NCBI RefSeq assembly: GCF_006345805.1
Contig: NC_043006.1
Location: 40,548,001-40,612,000, forward strand
From: Octopus sinensis
Lineage: Eukaryota
Direction: 5' to 3'
Length of the DNA: 64,000 nt
The position numbers and the translations under genes were made by a program. The notes beneath the pieces were generated by a model. It was not told the origin of the DNA. It ran no database searches and saw nothing but the letters and a program-made list of their open reading frames with translations. Positions 38,207 through 50,766 of this stretch are shown here, piece by piece. The stretch's first letter is position 1; the number at the start of each line of letters is the position of its first letter.

Positions 38207-38257
38207 TTTAAGGCACCAGTCTCTTCGGAGGCATGGATTCGAATCCCACCATTGCCA
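38207..38257 (+). pseudogene. 3' half of a tRNA-Leu(AAG)-like gene
   Basis: TTTAAGGCACCAGTCTCTTCGGAGGCATGGATTCGAATCCCACCATTGCCA: anticodon loop, long variable arm, T-arm and acceptor 3' strand; 5' half absent. Confidence 0.8.
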
Positions 38258-38276
38258 TTTGATGCTTCTTTGTATA

Positions 38277-38712
38277 GGCGTAGGGGTGGCTGTGTGGTAA
38301 GTAGCTTGCTTATCAACCACATGGTTCCGGGTTCAGTTCCACTGCGTGGCACCTTGGGCAAGTGTCTTCTACTAGAGACCTGGGCCGACCAAAGCCTTGT
38401 GAGTGGATTTGGTAGACAGAAACTAAAAGAAGCCCATCGCATGTATGTATACATATATATGTGTGTGTGTGTGTGGTGTGTGTGTGTGTGCGTGTGTATG
38501 TTTGTTTGTCTGTGTTTGTCCTCCCAACATCGCCTCACAACCGATGCTGGTGTGTTTATGTCCCCGTAACTTAGCGGTTCGGCAAAAGAGACCGATAGAA
38601 TAAGTACTAGGCTTCCAAAGAGTAAGTCCTGGGGTCGATTTGCTTGACTAAAGGCAGTGCTCCAGCACGGCCACACTCAAACGCCAGAAACAAGTAAAAG
38701 AGTAAAAGAGTA
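38277..38712 (+). mobile_element. SINE family B with internal (TA)/(TG) microsatellite (other copies 4795-5190 +, 16664-17157 +, 21570-21940 -, 35020-35430 +, 35640-36040 +, 38815-39335 -, 55200-55800 -, 60060-60450 -, 60803-61172 +)
   Basis: Head GGCGTAGG(A/G)GTGGCTGTGTGGTAAG...GGTTCAGTCCCACTGC; tail GACTGAAACAAGTAAAAGAGTAAAAGA. Confidence 0.9.
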
Positions 38713-39046
38713 AATGATCAATCAACTCACATAGATAATGAACTTTTGCTCGTTGGTTCAATAAACAAATTAACACTGTTTTAACAGTCTTTTATCTCAA
38801 TACTATTTTTTGTATTTTCTTTTACTTGTTTCAGTCATTTCTCTGTGGCCATGCTGGAGCACCACCTTTAGTCGAACAAATCGACCCCAGAACTTATTCT
38901 TTGTAAGCCTAGTACTTATTCTATCAATCGCTTTTGCTGAACCACTAAGTTACAAGGTTGTAAACACACCAACATCGGTTGTGAAGCAATGGTAGGTGAG
39001 AAACACAGACACGCAAACATGTACTTATATAAATAAATATATATTA

Positions 39047-39078
<32 letters not shown>

Positions 39079-39079
39079 G

Positions 39080-39132
<53 letters not shown>

Positions 39133-39399
39133 ACACACACACAACACACATATATATATATGTGTATATATATATATGACAGACTTCTTTCAGTTTCTGT
39201 CTACCAAATCCATTTATAAGGATTTTCGTTGGCCCGAGGCTATAGTAGAAGACACTTGCCCAAGGTGCCATGCAGTGGGACTGAACGTGGAACCATGTGA
39301 TTGAGAAGCAAGCTACTTACCACACAGCCACTCCTGCGCACTATGTTGAATATACTTCATTTTCATTTCATCTCTAGCAGTCTCTCATTTTACGCAGTG

Positions 39400-39675
39400 T
39401 CCTACCTAACTGGTTGGAGACCCTGGCAGTTAATCAGAAGGCACAGAGGTCTATGTGTGGTGCTGGAGTGGAGCACTTTGGAACCGAATGCAGGAGACTG
39501 TATAAACACCACCAACATGGCTGTTTTTCAGAGTCACTCTCAATGCCCTCACTACCACAAGATCTGCCTATCTTGTATCGGTCTTGCAACCAAGTCTGCT
39601 CCCATGAGAAGCAATGTGTGGCAGGCAGAGAAGGATGAATGTCTTGGATCAACACTGTCATCACGTTTGATGGGT
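39400..39675 (+). mobile_element. Degraded RTE LINE C-terminal fragment
   Basis: ETLA...CGAGVEHF and CPHYHKICLSCIGL resemble the RTE WExLA and C-terminal CxxC/SRIGL motifs. Confidence 0.6.
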
Positions 39676-39873
39676 TGTTATAAGCAAGTAAGATTACTGA
39701 ATAAATCTACAGTTGAAATAATATTTTTCTAAATCTCTTAGAGAGATTTATGCAGTAGCAGCATGATAAAAAAATATATCATTTCTATTTTCAAAAATCA
39801 GTGAATTTATTTCACTTGTAATATATATGTTTTCAAAAGCAGATAGGTATCGACATCTAGCAAGTCATGCTAC

Positions 39874-39916
39874 TCCAGACTGATGATGAGCAATGACTCT
39901 GAAACTAGTCTCTGGA
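39874..39916 (+). ncRNA. Type I hammerhead motif
   Basis: TCCAGA-CTGATGA-T-GAG-caatga-CTC-T-GAAAC-TA-GTC-TCTGGA; perfect 6-bp stem I, palindromic ACTAGT. Confidence 0.75.
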
Positions 39917-40117
39917 TGCTGGCTTTGCTGGGTGGAGGTGCTTATCTCCACTTTGGGAACATAAGGACACGGGAAATGTGTCAAGTCCAATCAGAAACGG
40001 TGTTACCTAGGGCTAAATAACAGTAGCATTCTTCCCTTTTATGGGACTGTCACATTAAGTTGACAACATACTATCACTTTAAATCTACAGTTTTTTGAAA
40101 ATATAATAAAAACTTAC

Positions 40118-40195
40118 CTGGAATTACAGAGCACGCAGTTTTACAGTGATGTACGTCTGCTGCTACACAATCCCCGTTTTTACGAATACATTTTT
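40118..40195 (-). CDS. RPTP-like exon 2: Cys-rich segment KCIRKNGDCVAADVHHCKTACSVIP
   Basis: ttttcag acceptor, GTAAGT donor, 78 nt, phase 1-1, open. Confidence 0.85.
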
Positions 40196-41504
40196 CTGAA
40201 AATGGTTTCAGTAAAACAATCATAGGGAACAAAAGAGGAGGAACAAATTGTTTTCTTTATGATTAATTTTCTTCTTTTTTAATTTTACAAATTTTTTACA
40301 ATGCAGCAAATATTTAACATTCAAATGTCTGACTTTTATGGAAGATTATTTTATTATGCAAATCACGAAATGCATTTTTTTTTTGTATGAAAATTTCCCA
40401 AAATTAATCTAAAACTCAAGATTTTTTGATGGGGTAGTGCTGTCTCACTGGCTCCCGTGCCAGTGGCATGTAAAGGGCACCATTCAAGCATGGTCGATGC
40501 CAGTGCTGCGTGTGACTGACCCTCGTGCCAGTGACATGTAAAAAGTACCCACTACACTCTTGGAGTGGTTAGCATTAGGAAGAGCATCCAGCTGTAGAAA
40601 CTTTGCCAGTTTGGATTGGCACCTGATGCAGCCTTCTTGCTTGCCAGTCCTCAGTCAAAACATCCAACGACATTAAATGACGATGATGATGATGATGATG
40701 AATTAGATATGGTGTCCATCATATGTCCAATTGTGTGGAGGTACATGGCCTAGAGGTAAGAGCAGTGGACTTGCGGTCGAAGGATCGCAGGTTTGAATCT
40801 CAGACCGGGTGATGTGTGTGTTTATGAGCGAAACACCTAAGCTCCACGCAGCTCTGGCAGAAGGTAATGGCGAACTTCTGCTGAATCTTTCACTACAACT
40901 TTCTCTTACTCTTTCCTCCTACATCTTGCAGCTCACCTGTGACAGACGGGCGTCCCATCGAGGTGGGGAATCTATACACCAAGGAAACTGGGAAACCGGC
41001 CCTTATGAGCCAGGTACGGCTCGAGAAGGAACAAACAAATATGTGTAATTATATATTTTATGTCTCCTTTTTCTAGAAACAGGAAGAATAAAAACTAAGA
41101 TCGTTGTTGAGAAAAAGTCAGTTGCAAAGAAGGGTTGGAAGCCATCTGAGTAATAGGAAAATGTTACCTATATCAGTGGGTTCCAAACTTTTACCAGCTG
41201 CCACCCCTTTGACACCCAGGCCACATTCCTAGCGTCCCCATCCCAACTAACCATCACAAACATAAACCTCTTTCTGAAGCAAATTCAAAGCAACTGTATT
41301 TCACAAATAAAACTTAACCTAATGAACCCATTATTTTGTTGTTTTTACATGAATTGCCACCCCATTATCACCCCACTTTTTACTTGAATCACTACCCCAT
41401 TATCGCCCCAATTGGAACCTTCAACCACCTCCAGGGGGACCAGTGACCATTATCATGATGATTCACACAAGCTATCAAAATGCTGAGATCACAACTGCTA
41501 CTCA

Positions 41505-41835
41505 ATGCTCTATGACAGTGTTCCACAGTATTTCTCATCCATCTTATTCTCCCGACCTTGCTCCTTCAGACTACCATTTGTTTCGTAGTTTATGGAATCA
41601 TTTGGGAGACATAACTTTCGCAAGCCAAGAAGAGGTCGAAACTGACATTTCAGAGTTCTTCACTTTGAAACCAAAAGAGTTATAAATTGATGGGATTAAA
41701 AAGCTTTTAAATAGATGGAAGGAAATCATAAATAATCAGGAAAAGTATATTGATGATTAAATTTCAATTAAATATAATATTTGATTACTTGATTTCTTTA
41801 TTCAAAATTCAGACAGAACTTATGGGATGACCTGA
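41505..41835 (+). mobile_element. Mariner transposase 3' fragment with right TIR
   Basis: HPSYSPDLAPSDYHLFRSL...LLNRWKEII motif; TIR end AACTTATGGGATGACCTGAT (also seen near 7780-7800). Confidence 0.9.
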
Positions 41836-42335
41836 TCTCCCTCTCTTCTCTCCCCGCATGACTGGTGTTCGGCCAAGCCTGATCTTTCTTTCTTGGTTCA
41901 GCCATCGTCTGTGCAACAGCTATATTCCTCCCTGTGCCTGTGAAATCTTGTATCCCTGCCATAAGGCTTTATTTCCACACACACCTGCTTAATTTAATTC
42001 GTCCTTAGTCAAAAACATCTGTTGTTATGTCCTGTTACTTGTTTAAAATCTTTTTTTTTTTCCGTCCTTGTTTTCGTATACATTCGCTGCTTTTTTTCTA
42101 AGGAATCTAATGCTCATAGCTTAGATTTTCTTTGGGGCTGGCCAGATCGGAGCCATCTAGAGTATAACCAGCCAAAATTGCAAAGATAATCTGGAACTCG
42201 ACTGAGGAAAGAAAACTCCGAATGACTCATCCATGTTTTCTTTGTATCGTCTATCTGGATGTTTTGTTGTCCATTTTTTGTATCACCTGTCTGGATGTTT
42301 GTGTTCTTGTCCCATTCTGTATTTTTTATATATAT

Positions 42336-42376
<41 letters not shown>

Positions 42377-42865
42377 TTAACGTCCGCTTTCCATGCTAGC
42401 ATGGGTTGGACGGTTCAACTGGGGTCTGGGGAGCCGGAAGGCTGCACCAGGCCAGTCAGATCTGGCAGTGTTTCTACAGTTGGATGCCCTTCCTAACGCT
42501 AACCACTCCGAGAGTGCCACCGACACAGGTGCCAGACGAGGCTGGCGAACGGCCACGCTCGGATGGTGTTTTTTATGTGCCACCGACACAGGTGCCAGAT
42601 GAGGCTGGCAGATGGCCACGCTCGGATGGTGCTTTTATGTGCCACCGACACAGGTGCCAGATGAGGCTGGCGAACGGCCACGATCGGATGGTGTTTGTTA
42701 CGTGCCCACAGCATGGAGGCCAGTCGATGCGGTACTGGCTACGGCCACGTTATATTTATATATATAGCTGTGATCTTGGAACTTAATGTTCAACCAATTA
42801 TAGCACTAACCCAGTGTACCTATTCATTTAAATCACAAGTGAACTAAAGCCCTCATATTCTTTAC

Positions 42866-42943
<78 letters not shown>

Positions 42944-42954
42944 ACACATATATA

Positions 42955-44437
42955 TCTCTATTATAAAAGGCAGATTTTATCTGCCTCCCTTTGGGAGTTA
43001 TACAAATCTACAATATAGGATTTCTTCAATTACAATTTACCTAGCAGTTTTGAGAGTACAAGGCATCGCGTCATGCCAGGTCCAGTTTTTTAAAATTTAA
43101 ACTCCAATTAAGCAAAATTTACAGAAAACTTACATTCTGGTGTGTGTGTCAAATGCTTTTCTTAGTCTGGTTTACAGCACACGCAAACGCACACACACAG
43201 TGGGCAAGGAATAAAATGAAAGTAATTCACTTACTGTAGTGAGTGATTCTTTCACTCTGCCTCCCACTCCTCTTTAGACACATAGAAAAAACTTTTATTT
43301 TTTTACATAAGTAATGAGAGCGAAAGAGACTAAGAGAAAGCGATTGTATGACGAGGGAAGTTCCTTTGAAGTTACCGTGCATGGGACTCATTGATGTACA
43401 TGTGTGTGTGTGTGTGTTTGATGGAGTGTGGGAGAGACAGACAGTATGTTGTGTAAGTGAAGTGCTTCTGTTAGTGTGTGTGAAGAGACAGAGAGAGTAA
43501 TGTGTGAAAGAGAGAGATAACTGAAATTTTTTACTCGGTTTATGTGTATATATGTATGTATGCATGTATGTGTGTGTGTGTGTGTATGTATGTATTATAT
43601 ATAAAAGAAAGGTTGTGTGTCTGTCTACTCCGATTTAGATTCCTAACTACTCCCACATTTTGCGATGCAGTTTACCAAAACCGGGTATCTTATAGTCGTG
43701 ATTCATATCGAGCCCTTCTGGGTATTAGCGCGCGTCTACGATGAGTCTATGATTTTACAAATAATTTACCATCATTTTTTTCCATTTTAATGCATTTTTT
43801 AAAAATAAACGGAAGTAACTCTCAAACTTCACACCAATATGCGTGCTCATATGCGACGTAATATCACATCACCAGCATTTCCTCACACCCTCCTTGCACT
43901 TGGCGAAGGCAAAATACCAGGGGATGAAAATGGTAATATTGCCATCGATTCCATTTGTACCATTGTTAAGACGCCTTCTGATCTCAGAGATGCAGTGTTC
44001 CCAGATTTACAAGCTAATTATCAGAATATGGATTGGATTGGCAAAAAGGCTATACTGGCCCCGAGGAATATAAAACTGTTCACCATATTAATGATGAAAT
44101 GCTAAAACTCATTCCTGGGGAAGTCGATGTATATCAGTCTATCGATACAACTCCTGACCCAGAGGACGTCATCAACTATCCAATAGAGGTACTCAATTCC
44201 TTTGAGCACCCCGGACTACCACCACACTTTCTCAAACTTAAAGTTAGTGCCCCTATAATGCTCATCAGAAATTTGGTTCCCCCAAAACAATGCAATGGCA
44301 CACGTTTGGCGTTAAGTCCTTATCTCCCACCGTAAGCTTATTTCAATATTTGCCTGAATAATCATCATAATTCAGTGCAATCATTAACAGTACTTTCAAG
44401 CAATTCAGCCCCGAGCAATGCCGGGCAATTCTGCTAG
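42955..44437 (+). mobile_element. Non-autonomous Helitron with a frameshifted PIF1-like helicase fragment
   Basis: A|TC 5' end, GC hairpin 44408-26, CTAG|T 3' end; helicase motifs AILAPRN, INDEML, YPIEVLNS..PGLPPH.L.LKV.APIMLIRNL....CNGTRL at 43839-44335. Confidence 0.9.
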
Positions 44438-44730
44438 TATATACATATATATATATACATATATATATGTATATACATATATATATATGTATATATGTAT
44501 ATATATATATATATATTCATATATATATACATATATATATACACATATAGATACATACATATATACATACATATATATATGTATATGTATATAAACATAT
44601 ATATATATACATATACATATACATATATATATTCATAAATATATATATATATATATATAAATATATATATGTATATTCATATATATACATCTTTCTATCT
44701 ATCTATCTATTTTCTATCTATCTATCTATC

Positions 44731-44802
<72 letters not shown>

Positions 44803-45086
44803 TACAAACCTCTTACCAAACAGTCATGTCTGCATCCATCCATGCCTACTCTTCCAGAAAAAAAAGTAAGACCACATTTGATTATGCAGTCCTAGATACA
44901 TACATACATATATAAATCAAAAGACGAGTGAGCTGTTCATACTTGGAAGGACATTTATCACATAATATCCTTTATCAAATTTGAACATTAAACAACAACA
45001 ACAACAACAATACTAACAAGCAAACAATAATGATGACAATAACAACAACAACAATCACAAAAACAACAAAAAAGAAAATATCTTAC

Positions 45087-45162
45087 TTGAGTGAGTCAGA
45101 GAGATGAAATTGAATAAACCAAAAATAAAAAGGGAAACCATGGACACTGATGCGATCTTCAT
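45087..45162 (-). CDS. RPTP-like gene coding exon 1: signal peptide MKIASVSMVSLFIFGLFNFISLTHS
   Basis: ATG (cat at 45160-62), hydrophobic signal-peptide-like stretch, GTAAGA donor, 76 nt ending in phase 1, joins exon 2 in frame. Confidence 0.85.
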
Positions 45163-45333
45163 GTCTTCAGGGTTCTTCACTATGATCCAAATTCCTCAAA
45201 AGTTTTCAACTGACAAATGCCAAATGACAATGAAGATCTTTCAACAGATTTCGGAGAATCTCATTAAAGCATTTTAATTTTCGTTTCCTGTTACAGTGCG
45301 TATGTGTGTGTGTGTGTGTCTGTATGTGTGTGC

Positions 45334-45387
<54 letters not shown>

Positions 45388-45489
45388 CGCGTGTGTCTGT
45401 CCGTCTGTCTGTTGTTCTTTTCCTCGAATATTCATCCGGGTTTGATTACAGCATTCATAAATTGTTAGTGATGTTGATGTTAATGCTGT

Positions 45490-46235
45490 TGCGGATGGTG
45501 GTGGTGGTGGTGGTGGTGGTGGTGGCGGTGGTGGGTGACTTAAGTGCTAGTGGGGAAGTCTGCGGTGGAGTTGGTGTTAGTAAGTGTGCTGGCGGTGAAT
45601 TTTGTGGTCGTCTTCATATTGGAAGTGTTACTGTTTGTGATAATGCTTTTAGTGGTAGGGGTTAGAGTAGTGGTGGTGATGGTGGTGGTGCTGGTGCTGG
45701 TGGCGGTGATAGTGGTGGTGCTGGTGCTGGTGCTGGTGGCGGTGATAGTGGTGGTGGTGGTGCTGGTGATGGTGGTGGTGGTGTTGGTGGTTGTGGTGAT
45801 GGCGGAGGCGGTGGTGGAAGAGGCGGTGGCGACGGTGGTGGCGGCAGTGGCGGTGGTGGTGGCAGTGGTGGTGGTGGTAATGGTAGTGGTGGGGGTGCTG
45901 GTGGTGTAGGTAATAGTGGTGGTGATGGTAGTAATGATACTGATGGCAGCGGAAGTGGTGGTAATGGTGGTGGTAGTGGTGGTATTTAGTGGTGGAGTTT
46001 ATATTGGTGGTGGTATTGGTGGTGGTGTTAGTGGTGGAGGTAATAGTGGTGGTGGTGGTCGTCATCGTCGTCGTTGTCGTCGTGGTAATTTTGGTGGTGG
46101 TGGTGGTGGTAGTGGTGGTGGCAGTGATGGTGGTAATGGTAGCGGTAGTGGTGGTGGTGGTGATTATGTTGGTGCTGGTGATGATGGTAGTAGTGGTAGT
46201 GGCAGAGGTAATATTGGTGGTGGTGGTGGTATTGG
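45490..46235. repeat. (GGT)n-rich compound trinucleotide tract upstream of the RPTP start exon
   Basis: Read directly; similar tracts at 15780-16140, 24050-24250, 29950-30250 and 37080-37240. Confidence 0.95.
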
Positions 46236-47426
46236 CGCCAATGTTTAGAATTTTGATGCATGGATGCACAATATAAATGCCTTCCTTTCATTAACTTTAT
46301 CTCTCACAGCAAAATTACACATACATTCGTACATAAACATGAATGTATGTCACCATTCATTCATCATCAATTGACCATCCACATTTCCATGCTTGCATGG
46401 GTCAGATGGAGTTTATTGACACGGTTTTCCTACATCTGGATGCCCTTCCTGTTGCCAACCCTCACCTGTTTCCAGGCAAGGTTATATTTCCCCATGACCA
46501 AACATGATTTTCCCAGAATATTGGAAATGAACGACACCACTCGTATAACAGTGACACTCATTTACAACTGTCAGAGAATTTCATGACAAGGAGACACAAA
46601 CATACACACACACATACATACACACATGCACGTGTGCACACACGCACACACACACACACTTGTATATACATACATATATGACAGGCTGCTTTCAGTTTCC
46701 ATCAACAAGGCTATGGTCAGTCTGGCTCTATAGTCGAAGACACCTGCCCAGTGTGCCACACAGTTGGATTGAATACAGAACCATGAGCTTAGAAAGAAAA
46801 CTTCTTTTGGGAGTACAAATCTAAAAACCTAAAAGCCCTTGTCTCAGATGTTTTCATTTTGTGTGAAATACAGAGAAAGGTGTTCAAGTCTTACAACATA
46901 ATAAGAACACTATTTGTATATTATTTTTCTACTTTTTCTACTGTTCCTTATCCATTGATACTTTTCAAATGAGTCTTTATCCTCTTCAGCCTTAAATCAA
47001 ATTAAATCTAGTTTTAACCAATACCGAAGTCCTCAACCAAGCCAAAATACTCACCCTGCTCCAGCATACTCAAATGGTAAATGGTTTATGGCACAAAAGA
47101 AATCACTTTAAACTTGCTAAAATAACATTCAACATGATTTATACTATTGGAAATATAATTTTGAAGTGTACATGGTGTCATAGTGAGGATTTGATCAAAA
47201 GCTTTTCAATCTAAAAAAAAAGTAGGAGAAAACTTTTCAAGTATAAATAAAATGGAAGTATACAAAAATAAACATTATTTTCCATCATAATCTTAGCTTT
47301 GTTTTATCTTCAAAAATAAAAATTTATTTCATGGTTTATTATTGCTTATATTTTGAATTACAACATATATAGAGACACCAATATCTTTTTGAGTGCTTAG
47401 GACCTCTATGGGTCTTAATCCAGCCA

Positions 47427-47494
<68 letters not shown>

Positions 47495-47652
47495 AGGCTG
47501 TTTTTCAGTTTCTGTGTACGAAATCCACTTGCAAGACGTTCGTTGGCTCAGAGCTGAAGTAGAAGACATTTAACCAAAGTGCCACATGTTACCAGTAGCA
47601 CTCACAAGCGACCTGACATTATATATATATATATATGTATGTATGTATGTAT

Positions 47653-47962
47653 ATGAATAAATAACAGATGGATTATGTGTCAATTCACAACCGTTGTTTC
47701 CAATGAGTTTTTAAATGATTGATGGAGACATTACGCCATTATGAAAAAAACCATTTCATCAGGTGAACACGTGAATCACAAAATTCAAAAACATTCAAAA
47801 TCCAACAAGATGTGCATCTTCATGATTCTATGACCAGCAAGGGTAACGAATTCACATGATGAAAATGATTTTTTTCTAATGATGTAATATTTCCATTAAT
47901 CAAATTTGTTGGAAACAGCTGTAGTGAATTGACACATAATCCATCCCTTGTTATTCATTCAT
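47653..47962. mobile_element. Long-TIR foldback MITE
   Basis: About 115-bp imperfect inverted arms beginning ATGAAT(A/G)AATAAC...GATGGATTATGTGTCAATTCAC. Confidence 0.8.
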
Positions 47963-48952
47963 TTATTATTCATCTCTTTCAGAACCTGCTCCTTGTCTAT
48001 ATTATAGACCGTACATTTAGTACAAAGTGTGTTTCTTGATTAGCCTCAAGGCTATTGATATACTCAGTCGGGTACAGTTAATCATATACATAACCTAATT
48101 ATCCTACTGCCAGTAATTTGGTATCCGCTTGCGTATTCCTCTGTTTTTGTTAGGTACACATTTTACTTCTGGACCTGACATGGTGCCTTATCATATAAGT
48201 ACCTGATTCATGTGAATCCTGATCTATTATAATACAGCAGAGTTCACTGCCACCCCCTGCTGGAGCCTCATGGAGCTTTAAGTGTTTTTGCTCAATAAAC
48301 ACTCACAACGCCCGATCTGGGAATTGAAACCGTGATCCTATGATCGTGAGTTCACGGCCCTAACCACTGGGCCATTACAACTCCACAGCAAAAGAATATA
48401 GTGTTGGTGTCATTTTACATTCAACTAAAATATCTTCATTTCCCTTAATACAATAGTGTAACATTATTTTAAACAGAATTGGGATTTTACACAAAAACAC
48501 TTGAAAATTACCAGAAACAGTATATCCGGTTAAGCAGAGGATTAACAAATATATAAGGCAGAGTCACAAGTTTAATTAACACATAATTAGTCTTACTGTG
48601 AAATTAAGCCTTGCTGAAACCTAAATGAGTTAACCAGAGAGCCTACTTTCACAGCAAAATTAAATATAATTACACACACACACACACACACTCGTACACA
48701 CACACACGCATTTAAAAATATATATTTTATTCTTCTATTCTTTTACTGGTTTCAGCCACTTGGCCGCAACCATGCTGGAGTACCACCTTAAAAGGTGTTA
48801 GTCGAAGAAACCAATCCCAGGACTTTGTAAGCTTAGTACTCATTCTATCAGTCTCTTTTACCTAACCACTAAGTTACGGGGATGTAAACACATCAACATC
48901 GGTTGTCAAGTGATGGTGGGGGGGTGACAAACACAGACACACAAATATATAC

Positions 48953-48983
<31 letters not shown>

Positions 48984-49074
48984 ACGGGAAGGTTTACGAA
49001 AATAAACAAAAGACGAAGGCAAGTGGAGTACAAACAAACAAATGTATTAGTATAGCGAATAGAAATAGAAAAAG

Positions 49075-49112
49075 TCTTTTATGTTTCGAGCCTACGCTCT
49101 TCAACAGAAAGA
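49075..49112 (-). ncRNA. Minimal hammerhead-like motif with CUGUUGA core (GAGC family)
   Basis: TCTTT-CTGTTGA-A-GAGC-gtag-GCTC-GAAAC-ATA-AAAGA. Confidence 0.55.
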
Positions 49113-49207
49113 TACACAGAAAAGAAACAAGGAGAGAAAAAAAATGCGTGTAGGAGCTAACAGTCTATCATGGCGTCCTGTATATATATATATACACACA
49201 CATATGC

Positions 49208-49252
<45 letters not shown>

Positions 49253-49951
49253 GGTTTATGGGATTACCTCAGGTTTCCTATCCATAAAGGGTTCCCAAAA
49301 TCTGTTGGCCTAAGGGTCCATAAAAGGTTCCAAAAACCTCTTAGCCTAAGGTCTTGGGCCAACAGGTTTTAGGATCTGATGACATACCATATATATACAT
49401 AGGCATATATGGGTACAGGACGTCACCAACAGTAAACAACATAAATTACGAAAACAAATGAGTTCAATGTGCAAGCAATGTGAGAAACAAATGGAAAACA
49501 GGACAAGTAACTTAAAGAACAACCTTTCATCAGTTGTAAGCTGTCTATCTACTCCTATGAGACTTCAAAGACTGTTGCTCCCATAAGTACAAAAATAAAA
49601 TTTGGAATTTATGGAGGGTCAAAATTGGGAACAAAAACAGGACGGTGGAGACATACAAGGAAATCGAAGAAAACAAACATGGAGGGTCGTTAGACCAGAA
49701 CGAGGGTAAAATAGCGAACGCTGGAGAAATATTTACTTTGACAAAAGAAAAGGTGGAAGAGAGGGATAGGATACGTCCAGTCCTTAGGACAGTCCTGAAA
49801 GGAAAGAAAGATTATCACATGAGGAAAAGAAAGATGGATGGTGGTCATGTGTGAGCAATGAGAGAGAAAAACGGAGACATAGGGGAAGATGCATGTGTGT
49901 GTATAGATAGTTAGATAATAATATAGATATAAAGAGTTAACCACATAATAA

Positions 49952-49987
<36 letters not shown>

Positions 49988-50088
49988 GCATACATGAGTA
50001 TATATATGTATGAGTATATATATGTGTGTGTGTGTGTATATATGAATATTTGTGTATGAGTATCATGCTCACTATCATCATCATACAT

Positions 50089-50712
50089 ATGACTCCTTCA
50101 TGTATCACCTGGTTAGCTATACAGGTGACTAGGCTATAGCCGACACTGTCAGATATTTTGAGCATCTCTACAGTAATTCCTGATGGGCCAGGGGCTTGCC
50201 CTGTCTTCATACTTTTAACTGCTTTATCTACCAAGGTACTGTCAACTCGGATAGCTGGTCCCTCTGTTGGATCAACATTCGGCAGACTCTCTTTCTCCCA
50301 TTCATTCCCATCAAGAATTACTGCAGAGATACTCAAAATATCTGGCAGTGTTGGCTATAGCCTAGTCAACCGTATATATAACCAAGTGATACACGAAGAA
50401 GTCATACCCAATGACTGGTGTAGCAGCATAATAGTCAACTACTAGGTAAAGGTGACGCTTTAGATACAAATAATTACAGAGGTATCAAGCTGTTGGATCA
50501 GGTAATGAAGGTCACAGAGAGGGTCATAGCCCTACTGATTAGGGAGAGAGTAAATTTAGATGAGATGCAGTTGGGTTCGTGCCAGGGAAAAGCACCACTG
50601 ATGGTATATTTCTGGTAAGACAGCTGCAGGAGAAATACCTAGCCAAAGCTAAACCCCTGTACCTGGCTTTCATTGATATGGAGAAAGCCTTTGACAGAGT
50701 CCCCCGATCCCT

Positions 50713-50713
<1 letters not shown>
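50089..50713. mobile_element. RTE-clade LINE RT fragments in tail-out inverted arrangement
   Basis: Minus strand 50089-50336: KTGQAPGPSGITVEMLK; plus strand 50308-50713: NYRGIKLL...PGKSTTDGIFLVRQLQEKY...LAFIDMEKAFDRVPR, frameshifted. Confidence 0.9.

Positions 50714-50766
<53 letters not shown>

Noticed and set aside
42197-42232. CTGAGGAAAGAAAACTCCGAATGAC (also reverse-complemented near 7865-7890)
   Set aside because: It lacks GAAA/stem III and a cleavage triplet; not supportable as an HHR.
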